From positions 1-40,612 of IMG/VR virus record IMGVR_UViG_3300037484_000335: a DNA stretch of 40,612 nucleotides; one strand, 5' to 3'. Numbering within the stretch: position 1 is the stretch's first letter; the number at the start of each line of letters is the position of its first letter. Below are positions 25,860 through 35,391 of the stretch, in pieces. The DNA comes from a virus (Duplodnaviria; Caudoviricetes). The translations under genes were made by a program, and so were the position numbers. The notes beneath the pieces are model-generated. The model was not told where the DNA came from. It saw only the letters and a list, made by a program, of their open reading frames with translations, and searched no databases.

Positions 25860-26795
25860 ATGGCAGATAAAATAACGTGTCCTAATCCAAAGTGTAAGAG
25901 CAACGATGTCAGATCGAACGGGAAATTAAAGTACCTGTGTGGTTCCTGTGGCAAGCAATGGAACAAGAACCACCACGAAAAGGAGAAGGAGAAGCTATTT
26001 CAGGAGCAAATTCTTGACCTTCTGGAAAAGAAAGTCATCCCGATCCATCACTACCACGGAGAGATCGTGAAGTTTGGGGTTATCAGTGATACCCACATGG
26101 GGTCGATCTACGAGCATGAAGATGTTCTTCACTTGGCGTACAAGGTCTTTAAGGAAGAGGGCATTACCACGGTCTACCATGCCGGGGATATGTGCGAAGG
26201 CGAGAACATGCACCCCGGACAGGACTACGAGATTTACGCGCATGGGGCTGACGATCAAATCCAGGCATGTGTCAACCGATACCCGAAGTTCCAGGGGATT
26301 ACAACGTATTTCATTGAAGGGTCACACGATCTCTCTTTTTACAAGAGGGCTGGAACGGATATTGGTCCTCGTATCACGGAGAAACGCCCAGACCTGGTGT
26401 GCCTGGGGAGAGAGGAGATTGATGTTGCGATTCAAACCAAACGGGGCAAGATCATCATGCGATTGCTACATCCAGGAAAAGGATCTGCGTATGCCTTGTC
26501 TTATCATCCACAGAAATACATTGAATCGTTGTCGGGTGGGCAAAAGCCGAACATTCTCTTGATCGGACACTACCATAAAGCGGAATTCCTCCCGTGTTAC
26601 CGGAACATCTTTACCCTGCAAGCCGGATGTATCCAGGCCCAGACTTCCTTTATGAAGCGATTGAATCTGGCAGCTCATGTTGGTTTCTGGACGGTGGAAT
26701 TCCGGGTAGACAAAGACAATTCTGTCATGCGTTTCAAACCTGAATTCTTCGCCCACTATGAGGGAAGGATACTTCACAAAGAAATCAAGGCTTAA
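25860..26795 (+). CDS. Calcineurin-like metallophosphoesterase with N-terminal zinc ribbon
   Basis: SDTH, HAGD, GSHD and GHYH motifs; CPNPKC...CGSC. Confidence 0.85.
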   Translation: MADKITCPNPKCKSNDVRSNGKLKYLCGSCGKQWNKNHHEKEKEKLFQEQILDLLEKKVIPIHHYHGEIVKFGVISDTHMGSIYEHEDVLHLAYKVFKEEGITTVYHAGDMCEGENMHPGQDYEIYAHGADDQIQACVNRYPKFQGITTYFIEGSHDLSFYKRAGTDIGPRITEKRPDLVCLGREEIDVAIQTKRGKIIMRLLHPGKGSAYALSYHPQKYIESLSGGQKPNILLIGHYHKAEFLPCYRNIFTLQAGCIQAQTSFMKRLNLAAHVGFWTVEFRVDKDNSVMRFKPEFFAHYEGRILHKEIKA

Positions 26796-26811
26796 GAAAG
26801 GTGGTCCTCTA

Positions 26812-27048
26812 ATGCTGAAATTTCCGGTGACGATCAAAGATGAAAAGGAAGTGACGCCGACCCTGATCAGGGAACTCTGTGTGATCCTGGGGAAGAACAT
26901 GACCAGGGGCGACGGGGACTATCTGGAAGCCATGTTCAAGTTCCAGGGGGATGTCTGGCTCAAGGTACACGAAGGCAAGATCAAAATGGGGTCCAAGGCG
27001 TCCTTAGAGTTCGTCAGGGATAAGCTGTGGATCAACGTGGGGGAGTGA
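26812..27048 (+). CDS. Hypothetical protein
   Basis: ORF track; AAGGTGG RBS. Confidence 0.55.
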   Translation: MLKFPVTIKDEKEVTPTLIRELCVILGKNMTRGDGDYLEAMFKFQGDVWLKVHEGKIKMGSKASLEFVRDKLWINVGE

Positions 27049-27049
27049 T

Positions 27050-27232
27050 ATGTGTGACAAGTGCGGTGGCCTCACGGTTCCAGAATCCTCCTACCATCAA
27101 GGTGATACTATCTGGGTTCGTAGGTGCGTGATCTGCGGAACCTACGATGTACCGGAAGAGAACAGGGGTAAGAGGGCATTGGGTAGAGCGATTTACAGGC
27201 TGAACGAGAGGATTCAGGAGGTGCAGGGATGA
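27050..27232 (+). CDS. Zinc-ribbon protein
   Basis: CDKCGG...RCVICG. Confidence 0.6.
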   Translation: MCDKCGGLTVPESSYHQGDTIWVRRCVICGTYDVPEENRGKRALGRAIYRLNERIQEVQG

Positions 27233-27564
27233 AACTATTGATCTATATTGCAGGGCCTTACACGAAGCCAGACTGTGTGGAAAATACACATAAGATGATC
27301 AAGGTAGCTGACGAATTGGTCAGCCGTGGGTTGTGTCCTGTGATTCCTACACTCAATCTTCTCTGGCATATCGTTACCCCTCGCCCTCCGGAGTTCTGGT
27401 ACGAGTATGACTTAGAGATCCTTGCCCGGTGTGATGCAGTGCTGAGACTTCCAGGGGAAAGCGTAGGGGCAGACCGGGAAGTTAAGGAAGCACATAAGCT
27501 TGGGATTCCGGTGTTTGACTATATTGATCATGTATTCAGGCGTGTTTCATCGGAAGGGGCATGA
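27229..27564 (+). CDS. Nucleoside 2-deoxyribosyltransferase-like (DUF4406-type) protein
   Basis: IYIAGPY, DLEILARCDAV and SVGADREV...GIPVF motifs. Confidence 0.75.
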   Translation: MKLLIYIAGPYTKPDCVENTHKMIKVADELVSRGLCPVIPTLNLLWHIVTPRPPEFWYEYDLEILARCDAVLRLPGESVGADREVKEAHKLGIPVFDYIDHVFRRVSSEGA

Positions 27565-27857
27565 AAACTATTCTCTACTTCTTTGGGATCATGTTCAGCG
27601 AGGCTATCTGGTCTTACCTATGTGATATGTCGATAGTCAAAACAGTGAGCCGCAAGAGGTACGAAGCCGTAGCGTATGACGCTGGCGCTCTGGTCCTGAG
27701 CTACACGGTGCTGGCGATTATAGCAAAGAATGACTGGCCGATCACATTTATCGTGGCTGCAATCCTTGGGGCAGTTGCGGGTACATGGGTTGTGGCAAGT
27801 CGTAAACCGAGGAAGAAGAAAAAGTCAACGAAGAAATATCCATTCACGACGGGTTAG
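27561..27857 (+). CDS. Membrane protein
   Basis: Several hydrophobic segments and a basic C-terminal tail. Confidence 0.6.
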   Translation: MKTILYFFGIMFSEAIWSYLCDMSIVKTVSRKRYEAVAYDAGALVLSYTVLAIIAKNDWPITFIVAAILGAVAGTWVVASRKPRKKKKSTKKYPFTTG

Positions 27858-27868
27858 GAGGATTTGGC

Positions 27869-28228
27869 ATGAAGAAATTTAGAAGAGCAGTGATGTGGAT
27901 GATGTGCAATGGGGTGTTGCTATACTTGGCATTTTTGGGCCTTCTGCGTGAGGTCGCATGGGCAGAAAACATTGTTCTGTTCGTTGTGTACACCATGACA
28001 GTATTTATGTGCTTCGTGGCTTATCACCCGCCAACACGCAAGGAAATTCGCAAGAAGGGGCGAAGTGTTCCGTGGTGGTTATCGGTTCTGTCTGACCTCT
28101 GCCTGCTTTTTATGCTGGTATCCGTTGGACGTTTCTTTACTGGGGCGGTCTTGGTATGGCAGATGATGTGTGAACACGGAATCTTCAATACAAAGATATT
28201 TCCCGACAAAACTGAGAATAAGGGGTAA
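27869..28228 (+). CDS. Membrane protein
   Basis: 3-4 hydrophobic segments; AGGAGG RBS. Confidence 0.6.
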   Translation: MKKFRRAVMWMMCNGVLLYLAFLGLLREVAWAENIVLFVVYTMTVFMCFVAYHPPTRKEIRKKGRSVPWWLSVLSDLCLLFMLVSVGRFFTGAVLVWQMMCEHGIFNTKIFPDKTENKG

Positions 28229-28232
28229 CAGC

Positions 28233-28547
28233 ATGGAACAGGTTCAGAAGGCAACACCGAAATTTAAACCCGGACAGCGGGTGATGGGGTTCAAGGGGAT
28301 TCCTCGTTTCGGGATAGTGGAAGAGGTCAAATGGGAGGGAGAGAGGGACCTTTCTCTTCTGTGGTACACGTATTCCCTGACTGACCAGAACGGGGAGAAG
28401 GTTGTGATTGAGGAGAGCGTTTTGCGTCTGTTCGATGAGGCAATCTTTGTTGAGGCATGGGGCCTCTGGTTACAGGTGGTCTCACTGCGAGAACAAACAA
28501 ACGTGGTCCTGCATCAATGTGTAGAGATGCTGAGGCCAGGGGAGTAA
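28233..28547 (+). CDS. Hypothetical protein (SH3-like N-terminus)
   Basis: PKFKPGQRV...GIVEEV. Confidence 0.55.
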   Translation: MEQVQKATPKFKPGQRVMGFKGIPRFGIVEEVKWEGERDLSLLWYTYSLTDQNGEKVVIEESVLRLFDEAIFVEAWGLWLQVVSLREQTNVVLHQCVEMLRPGE

Positions 28548-28551
28548 AAAC

Positions 28552-28698
28552 ATGACGCTTTGTAGTGATGGTCACGATGAGGTCTGTTACGAGGGGAGAG
28601 CGTGCCCTTGTTGCACGTTACGGGAAACCATTGCTGATCTGGAACGACAGATCGGACAGAAAGACGCTGAGATTGACAGATTAAACGAAGAGGAATAA
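28552..28698 (+). CDS. 48-aa Cys/His plus coiled-coil peptide
   Basis: MTLCSDGHDEVCYEGRACPCCTLRETIADLERQIGQKDAEIDRLNEEE; GGGGAG RBS. Confidence 0.6.
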   Translation: MTLCSDGHDEVCYEGRACPCCTLRETIADLERQIGQKDAEIDRLNEEE

Positions 28699-28793
28699 CC
28701 ACGATCTCCCCCCTTAGTTCCCGGTCGATAGCGTGTAGGGCAGGGGAGAGCAGGGACTGACCGGGCAACGGTCCCTGATTGATAAAGGGCAGT

Positions 28794-30026
28794 ATGAATC
28801 TGAAGGCAAACTCAGTACACATCCCCCTGAAAGACGAGACGGTGAACTGCATCGTCACCAGTCCGCCTTACTGGGGATTACGGAAGTACGAGATCCCGGA
28901 AGTGATCTTTGACGGGGTGGAAGGGTGTGAGCATGAGTGGGGGGAAACCAATTTAGTCTCTAAACATGGGTCCCAAGGAGATAAATCTACGCTCGGCGGC
29001 CGGGTGCCTGTTGACGGTGAAGATCGGGTGGAAGTAGTACCTCAAGGTAGCTTCTGCCTCCACTGTAAAGCATGGCGCGGTCAACTTGGCCTCGAACCGA
29101 CCATTGATCTTTACCTTCAGCACATCGGGCGGGTGTTCAAAGAATTGTGGCGGGTGTTGAGGAATGACGGGACATGCTGGCTGAATTTGGGGGATTCGTA
29201 TGCCTCTGGGAAGGGGACCTGCTACAACCCTGGGGGTGGGGAAAGTTCTCTTGAGAAGAAAAAGAAAGAGGAGGGTCGTGCGTACCCGTTAGACCGTGGG
29301 AATAAATCTACCCTTGATACGATGAGTTTAAAGCCAAAGGATCTATGCCTTGTCCCCTTCCGTGTCGCCCTCATGCTCCAAGCCGCAGGTTGGTGGGTCC
29401 GGTCGGATGTGATATGGGTGAAACCGAACCCCATGCCGGAGAGCGTAACCGACCGGCCTACGAGAAGTCACGAATATATTTTCCTGCTTACGAAGAGCGG
29501 CCGTTACTTTTGGGACCAGAACGCAGTCAAGGAACCTTCCGCATGGCCGAACGGTCCGAATAGCCCCGAGAGCATTTCAAGTCCATACGGACAGGGGTTC
29601 ACAAGAAGGGCATCTTGGAAGGGAAGTAAATTTGAGGATGGTAAAAATCTTGTGGTCCATCCTACCGTAGGTAAGAACCGAGATGGAGATTCTCCGGTTG
29701 TTCATGGAAATCTGCCAGGCCGCGACGATGGGGGAAGGGCGTGTAATGGTCCGGGGCAGGAATACCGCAACATCCGCTCGGTTTGGACTATCGCAACCCA
29801 ACCCTATCCTGACGCCCATTATGCCACGTTCCCGGAAAAGCTTGTCGAACGCTGCATCAAGGCGGGGTGCCCGAAGGGTGGAACCGTCCTGGATCCCTTC
29901 GCCGGAAGCGGAACGGTGTTGAGGGTTGCAGAGAAGCTGAATCGGCAAGGGATAGGTCTAGATCTCGGATACCATGAGCTACAAGGGAAGCGTGTAAGGA
30001 ACGTGCAGAAAGTGTTGTTCGCATAA
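28794..30026 (+). CDS. DNA N4-cytosine/N6-adenine methyltransferase (beta class)
   Basis: VTSPPY followed by HYATFP and DPFAGSGT. Confidence 0.9.
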   Translation: MNLKANSVHIPLKDETVNCIVTSPPYWGLRKYEIPEVIFDGVEGCEHEWGETNLVSKHGSQGDKSTLGGRVPVDGEDRVEVVPQGSFCLHCKAWRGQLGLEPTIDLYLQHIGRVFKELWRVLRNDGTCWLNLGDSYASGKGTCYNPGGGESSLEKKKKEEGRAYPLDRGNKSTLDTMSLKPKDLCLVPFRVALMLQAAGWWVRSDVIWVKPNPMPESVTDRPTRSHEYIFLLTKSGRYFWDQNAVKEPSAWPNGPNSPESISSPYGQGFTRRASWKGSKFEDGKNLVVHPTVGKNRDGDSPVVHGNLPGRDDGGRACNGPGQEYRNIRSVWTIATQPYPDAHYATFPEKLVERCIKAGCPKGGTVLDPFAGSGTVLRVAEKLNRQGIGLDLGYHELQGKRVRNVQKVLFA

Positions 30027-30086
30027 TCATCCTACCCAGTAAGCCCACCCGACAACGGACGGCCCAAGAAGAAAGACGAGGCCGTT

Positions 30087-30353
30087 ATGTTGTGTCAAGA
30101 ATGTCCCATCAGAGATCAATGCAGGAAGCTGTGCAGCGAGGCAGAGGTGTACGTGGACCAGGATAATGCTGGTCACTGTCCAGGCAGGGCAGAACTCCAT
30201 TTTACGGAAATGGAAAAAAAGCTCTTGATGCTTCTTGCCTCCGGAAGAACGAAGGCAGGTGTTAGAAAAGCCTTGAATCTTTCAGCACATGCGTTGAATG
30301 TTCACATCGCTAATCTTAGAAAAAAGAGTCAAGAGACCGACCCTATAGCATAG
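30087..30353 (+). CDS. LuxR/GerE-type HTH regulator with Cys-rich N-terminus
   Basis: FTEMEKKLLMLLASG...LNLSAHALNVHIANLRKK; N-terminal CQECPIRDQCRKLC. Confidence 0.7.
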   Translation: MLCQECPIRDQCRKLCSEAEVYVDQDNAGHCPGRAELHFTEMEKKLLMLLASGRTKAGVRKALNLSAHALNVHIANLRKKSQETDPIA

Positions 30354-30398
30354 ACCGTGTGTATATCTATGTCCTTGGGTCGGCATGGAGCCGACAAC

Positions 30399-30584
30399 AT
30401 GTTTATCCAGGAGAGATGCCCAAGATGTGACTCAAACCTCAGACAGACTTCCGGTGATAAGTGGAAGAACTGTTTCTTTTGCGAAGGTTACAACTTCGCA
30501 GAGGCGATTCGCAAAGAATGGTTCTTAGAGGAAACACGAAGGTCAGGTAGGCGACCACAGAGGGAACCGGTTGAACTTTCCTAA
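30399..30584 (+). CDS. Zinc-ribbon protein
   Basis: CPRC...CFFC; GGAG RBS. Confidence 0.5.
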   Translation: MFIQERCPRCDSNLRQTSGDKWKNCFFCEGYNFAEAIRKEWFLEETRRSGRRPQREPVELS

Positions 30585-32049
30585 CATCTTCAGGCGTGAA
30601 AAACCGCAAGGACAACTATCTACAAGCCCGAAGGTTGCTGTATCTGTTGGGAAAAAGTCTACTGATTACGCTTCGTCCCTTACGAGTTATCAACACCCAT
30701 TCGCCTATCTTCCACGGCAATTTCAGGAATGGCATCAATACAATCTGGAAAAGCTGTCCAGTTTACAATCGACGGACCTCTTGCGCCTCCTTGTTTACGT
30801 TGAACCCACCTGTAGTCATGCGATAAGCAACTATCTCCGAGTCTTTGATTCGGGATTTTTCCTGACCGCTCGGAAGTCAAATGGGTCCATTCACTCGCAG
30901 GGTCAGAAATACTTTGATGATTTGATTGACCGGCTGAACAATCCCATGAGTGACGGTTTCTCTCCCGACACATCAGTGTCCAATTTTTATCTTCAGGAAG
31001 CACTGTCCTTATTGATGGATGGTGCCGATGCGGGGGAACTCGTCTTTGGGGATGGGTACAAGGTATCCCAACTCTGCCACGTTGATCCAATGACTATTAC
31101 CTTCAAGGCGAAGGGGTCGAGGGTGGTTCCGGTGCAGGGCATGGGGTCTGACGAGATTCCTTTGGACTATCGGAACTTCTTCTACATTCCGGTGGACCCG
31201 ATTGCAGGGGACCCCTACGGGACGAATCAGATCATCTCAGTCATCCAGACCGTGATGAACAAGTTTCGGCTCTTACAGGACTTTGCGCGGGCGCTTCACA
31301 ATCTTGGGTTCGACCGGATAGACATTTCTGTAAGTCAGGAACAGATATTGGCTGAATGTAAGGCCCGGGCCATATCAGACCCTCAGAAGATCGTGGATAG
31401 GATTAACGAGGTTGTTACGCAGGCCCAAACATCCATGCAGGATCTGGCCGCTGATGAGAACCCTACCCATTCTGATACGGTAACCCTGTCTACCTTGACC
31501 GGTCAGAACGCGAACAAGGGACTAGATATCCAGGCCATTGTCAATGTCCTGCTGTCCGATATGGCCTCAGCACTGAAGTCTTACGCAACTATCCTTGGAA
31601 AGCGATTTGGGGGGTCTACGGAAGGATATACGTCCATTGAAGCCCTCCTGTTCATAAAGTTGATTCAGGGGTTCCAGGCTATCTTAAAACGTCTCCTGGA
31701 CCGTATGTTCACGCTGGCGCTGCAAGTCGATGCCGGGATTCAGGCATACGCAGATTGGCAGTGGTTAGAGCCAAGTCTGAGGCCTGAATACGAGAGTGCC
31801 CAATATTTCGCCGCCTATTCTCTCTTGCTTTGGGAAGAAGAGAAAATGGGTACCATTTCCACTTCAGAGAGAGATGCTATGGCGCGGCGTATGCTCCGGG
31901 TGAAGGGCGACAAACCAAGTGATGCGGTCAGGGATGAGGATTTCTCCCCGCAGGGAAAGAACAACCCTCAACGTGATGTCACTCAGGAAAAGGACAAAGA
32001 GGGGAAGCGTAAGGAAACGAATAAGGACAAGCGCAGCACGGGGGACTGA
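30571..32049 (+). CDS. Portal protein
   Basis: Size, position and motifs (G..AGEL, VDPMTI, DPYG); TTG start. Confidence 0.75.
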   Translation: MNFPNIFRREKPQGQLSTSPKVAVSVGKKSTDYASSLTSYQHPFAYLPRQFQEWHQYNLEKLSSLQSTDLLRLLVYVEPTCSHAISNYLRVFDSGFFLTARKSNGSIHSQGQKYFDDLIDRLNNPMSDGFSPDTSVSNFYLQEALSLLMDGADAGELVFGDGYKVSQLCHVDPMTITFKAKGSRVVPVQGMGSDEIPLDYRNFFYIPVDPIAGDPYGTNQIISVIQTVMNKFRLLQDFARALHNLGFDRIDISVSQEQILAECKARAISDPQKIVDRINEVVTQAQTSMQDLAADENPTHSDTVTLSTLTGQNANKGLDIQAIVNVLLSDMASALKSYATILGKRFGGSTEGYTSIEALLFIKLIQGFQAILKRLLDRMFTLALQVDAGIQAYADWQWLEPSLRPEYESAQYFAAYSLLLWEEEKMGTISTSERDAMARRMLRVKGDKPSDAVRDEDFSPQGKNNPQRDVTQEKDKEGKRKETNKDKRSTGD

Positions 32050-32261
32050 TGTTTGCCAGGATCAAGCATTCGGGACTCAACAGTCCAGGAAAGGCGTTCA
32101 GGTTACACGGCATGATCAATGACGGGTACAAGAAGCGGTTCAGACCGGGTGAGGATCGTGAAGATGTTTCACATGAAACAACTGAGAAGGAAACCTTCCT
32201 CAGGAAAGTCGAGGAAGCTGAGATAGAACACGTTTTAGAGGGGATGAGTGGCCATGCGTAA
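32049..32261 (+). CDS. Hypothetical protein
   Basis: TGATG coupling to the portal gene. Confidence 0.45.
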   Translation: MFARIKHSGLNSPGKAFRLHGMINDGYKKRFRPGEDREDVSHETTEKETFLRKVEEAEIEHVLEGMSGHA

Positions 32262-33660
32262 ACTGATAAGGAAACCCACGGCAGAGGAATTGTCAATTCT
32301 GAACCAGCATTTCGCACCTGAGACGGTCAAGGAGGATGATGTATACATCCTGGATGTTGAGGCCGCCCGGTCAGCAACCTTAACTTCGTATTTTTCATTT
32401 CTCGGTGAGGACATGATTCAGGGGTTCCATGACGATGTTGTACGGCGTCACACCGATGAGAGCGCGGAGAAGATCGGGTTTATGTTCGGCCATGACCATG
32501 GTTCGATTCCATCTGGAGTCCTCTTCAATTCTCAGGTATTGACCGATAACCTGGTAGATACCGATGGAAACCCGGTTACAGTTAAGCGTTTCCGTCCCAC
32601 GGTTTCCATGCGAAAGAACCTGAATGTGGCCGGGGTCAACACTGACGACTACGTAAAGGCCGTAAATGCGGGTCAAACTGAAGCTGTAAGCGTTGGGTGG
32701 AACGCGAATTCGTTCATCTGTGGCATCTGTGGAAATGATGTGCGGAGTTGGGACTGCATACACGTACCCGGTCGGTATTACAACACAGCACCCGAAGGTG
32801 AGACGCCCATCATGAAGCTGGCGACCTACACTGTTCACCAGGGAGCAGTGAAGAAACATAACCTTTTGGAACTGTCTGCCGTCTACGCTCCCGGACTGCC
32901 TGGAGCCAGGATCAAGAGCAAGCTCGCTGCGGACGGCGCGACACTTTCCCTGAAAGACGGGAAGGTCGTGGACAAACAAGGCAATTGTCTGATGTCTACG
33001 AACATCAAAGATTTTAAACCCACCGACATTCTCCGCTTTAACCTTTCGTTCGACGGAGACATTGAAAAGGTCGGGGAAGTAGAGGGGGACAACATGACTT
33101 TAGAGGAACTTCAGAACGCTTACAATGCGTTGCAGGCGGAGAAAAACACGTTACAGGCTACGCTCGATGGTGTGAACGTGGCGCTTGAATCGGAAAAAGC
33201 CAGAGTGCTGGCTGTGACCGCAGAGAGGGACGAGGTTCAGACCAGAGAGAAAGCGGCAGTCAAGATTTTTGCACAGTCAGAGGTTGACAAGGTTGACTTG
33301 ACGAACAAGCTGGCGGCATCCGGAGCAAAGGTTACGGAGTTGCAGGCTGAAGTTGCAACGAAGGAGACCGTAGTGAAGGAGTATCGGACCCACCTGGAAG
33401 AGAGGTGTTCAAAGCTCTCTATCGCGGTCAATGGGGCATCCCATAATCCTGACATTTTCACGAAGGAGATTGCAGCCCTTTCTAATGCAGACCTGAAGGT
33501 GAAGATCGAAGGCATGGAGAAGCAGTTGGCACAGTTGATCCCTACCGGTCGCAAAACGGTCGTGAAGGATGGGGTCGTGACAGAGTTGAATGACAACGAA
33601 GAGGATCGGATTGAGGACAAGATGCCCGTCAATTACGACCTCCACAAAATCGGAAAGTAA
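32254..33660 (+). CDS. Prohead protease / scaffold fusion
   Basis: FGHD, VSVG, CGICG...C.H.PG and ELSAV motifs; C-terminal coiled coil. Confidence 0.8.
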   Translation: MRKLIRKPTAEELSILNQHFAPETVKEDDVYILDVEAARSATLTSYFSFLGEDMIQGFHDDVVRRHTDESAEKIGFMFGHDHGSIPSGVLFNSQVLTDNLVDTDGNPVTVKRFRPTVSMRKNLNVAGVNTDDYVKAVNAGQTEAVSVGWNANSFICGICGNDVRSWDCIHVPGRYYNTAPEGETPIMKLATYTVHQGAVKKHNLLELSAVYAPGLPGARIKSKLAADGATLSLKDGKVVDKQGNCLMSTNIKDFKPTDILRFNLSFDGDIEKVGEVEGDNMTLEELQNAYNALQAEKNTLQATLDGVNVALESEKARVLAVTAERDEVQTREKAAVKIFAQSEVDKVDLTNKLAASGAKVTELQAEVATKETVVKEYRTHLEERCSKLSIAVNGASHNPDIFTKEIAALSNADLKVKIEGMEKQLAQLIPTGRKTVVKDGVVTELNDNEEDRIEDKMPVNYDLHKIGK

Positions 33661-33686
33661 CGAATTCCAAGTAGGAGGAATAATCA

Positions 33687-34103
33687 ATGGCAGCTCGAAC
33701 TATATCATTTGTTGGTAAGAAGACCAGTGCATTCATTAACTATCTGAGTGCGCTGACAAAACATACTGACGAGGACAAACTCGTCAAGATGTCGGCCAAT
33801 GGCACGGTGGTAGCGTGTACCACGGAGAATGATGAGTTCATCGGTATCGTCAGGGTTATAGACCAGGACGATAAGTTGGCCTCGGTGCAGGAAGATGGGT
33901 ATGTGACGTTCCCATACGACACAAACCATGCGCCCTCTATTGGGTATAACTGCCTTCAGGCAGGTGGGACCGATGGGGACCCGGCATACACCTCGGCGAC
34001 ATGCGTGAAGAAGATCGCTGCGGCTGTAGGAACGCCCTTTCGCAGGGTGGTCTGGGTTGATACGGTCAACAAGCTCGTGACGTTCAGGTTGGACCAGGGA
34101 TAA
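33687..34103 (+). CDS. Capsid decoration/cement protein
   Basis: Small beta-rich protein between scaffold and capsid (VKMSANGTV...FIG...VQEDG). Confidence 0.65.
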   Translation: MAARTISFVGKKTSAFINYLSALTKHTDEDKLVKMSANGTVVACTTENDEFIGIVRVIDQDDKLASVQEDGYVTFPYDTNHAPSIGYNCLQAGGTDGDPAYTSATCVKKIAAAVGTPFRRVVWVDTVNKLVTFRLDQG

Positions 34104-34134
34104 TCCCGGTTCAAAAGATCGGTGTTTAAAGTCC

Positions 34135-34160
34135 AAGGCTACCTTCGGGTGGCCTTTTTT
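34135..34160 (+). terminator. Intrinsic terminator-like hairpin
   Basis: GGCTACC-TTCG-GGTGGCC-TTTTTT. Confidence 0.75.
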
Positions 34161-34198
34161 ATTGCCCAAATTTTGACTCAACCACAGGAGGATTTTCG

Positions 34199-35335
34199 AT
34201 GAAGCACATTACACAAATTATCGACCCCAAGGAGCTCACGCTGACTCCGAAACTCTACGAGGAAGCGATTGATTGCGGGGTGAACTTTTCTCAGTATCTT
34301 GAACTCGTCAATCCTACACAGCCCGGCGACAATACCGGTTTGGATGCGTTTGAAAGACAGCTGCTCCGTTTCGGTATCAGGATGAAGACCGATCCAAAGT
34401 CTGGCATCCCGGCCTCCACCGGTGCCCTTTTCTTCCAGTCCAACCATCCGGCATCCGCTATCCTTTTTCCAGAAGTCCTGAACAGGATGGCGAGGATTGC
34501 ATTGCTTGATGGTGCCGATGTTCTTCCGGAGCTCGTTGCCAGCATGGAGAGCATTAACGACAGTGCCGTTCTCCGCGCTATCTATATCACTGATACAGAA
34601 GCTGGTCGGCAGGAGTCAAGGGTCGGTGAAATGTCGGAATTCCCGACTACGACGATCACATGGTCCGAGAAAACGACCACGCTGAAGAAATTTGGCGTGC
34701 GGATCAAGATGTCTTACGAGTTCGTCAGACGTGCCACAATGCCACTTATCCAGACCCTGATCGGCAGAATCATGCTCCAGCGAAGGCTGGACGAGGTTTC
34801 GCTGGCCATCAGTGCGCTGAAGCTCGGTGACGGTTCTGGTCACGCCTCCGGGGGGGCCATTGCGACCAGTAACCTCAGCACATACCAGGGTGGAAACCCT
34901 GCTGGTTTTGAATCCATGACGTTAACGGGATACCTGGGATGGCTGTCGCTGTTTGCGCCAGGCACCTGCACGACCATCATCTCCAACACGGCTGATCTGC
35001 TTCTGGCATGGCAGTTGGCTTCTCCTACTACGGTTCCCATCTGGATGAACAACAATATCAACACCAGTGGCCTTTGGGGGAAACCCAGGCTGGTCAACAT
35101 GGGGATCGCGGGAGATATCGCCTACGTGAAGGTTCCGATTGCCGATGTTTTGGAGAATCACATCATCGGTATCGACAAGCGGTATGCCCTTATGGGGTAT
35201 CGTGAGGTCGGCAGTGATCTGACAGAGACCAATAAGGTCATAAACGGCCAATTTGATGAGGTCGTCATGTCGAACACAGTGGGATTTCAGACCTTATTTG
35301 CTGATGCCCGCAAGGACTTGGTTGGAAGCGCATAA
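34199..35335 (+). CDS. Major capsid protein (HK97 fold)
   Basis: Position, size and motifs (LFPE, VGEMSEFP, KKFG...SYE). Confidence 0.85.
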   Translation: MKHITQIIDPKELTLTPKLYEEAIDCGVNFSQYLELVNPTQPGDNTGLDAFERQLLRFGIRMKTDPKSGIPASTGALFFQSNHPASAILFPEVLNRMARIALLDGADVLPELVASMESINDSAVLRAIYITDTEAGRQESRVGEMSEFPTTTITWSEKTTTLKKFGVRIKMSYEFVRRATMPLIQTLIGRIMLQRRLDEVSLAISALKLGDGSGHASGGAIATSNLSTYQGGNPAGFESMTLTGYLGWLSLFAPGTCTTIISNTADLLLAWQLASPTTVPIWMNNNINTSGLWGKPRLVNMGIAGDIAYVKVPIADVLENHIIGIDKRYALMGYREVGSDLTETNKVINGQFDEVVMSNTVGFQTLFADARKDLVGSA

Positions 35336-35343
35336 ACTGAGCA

Positions 35344-35374
35344 GGGGGGTGGCGTGTAACCATCCCCCTTTGTT
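35344..35374 (+). terminator. Intrinsic terminator after the capsid gene
   Basis: GGGGGGTGG/CCATCCCCC stem followed by TTTGTT. Confidence 0.6.
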
Positions 35375-35391
35375 CGTATAGAGGGAACAAC

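Noticed and set aside
27561-28228. Holin assignment for the two membrane proteins
   Set aside because: No endolysin nearby and nothing specific beyond hydrophobicity
28751-28777. HDV-like ribozyme (GGGCAAC resemblance)
   Set aside because: The nested double pseudoknot and catalytic C could not be built
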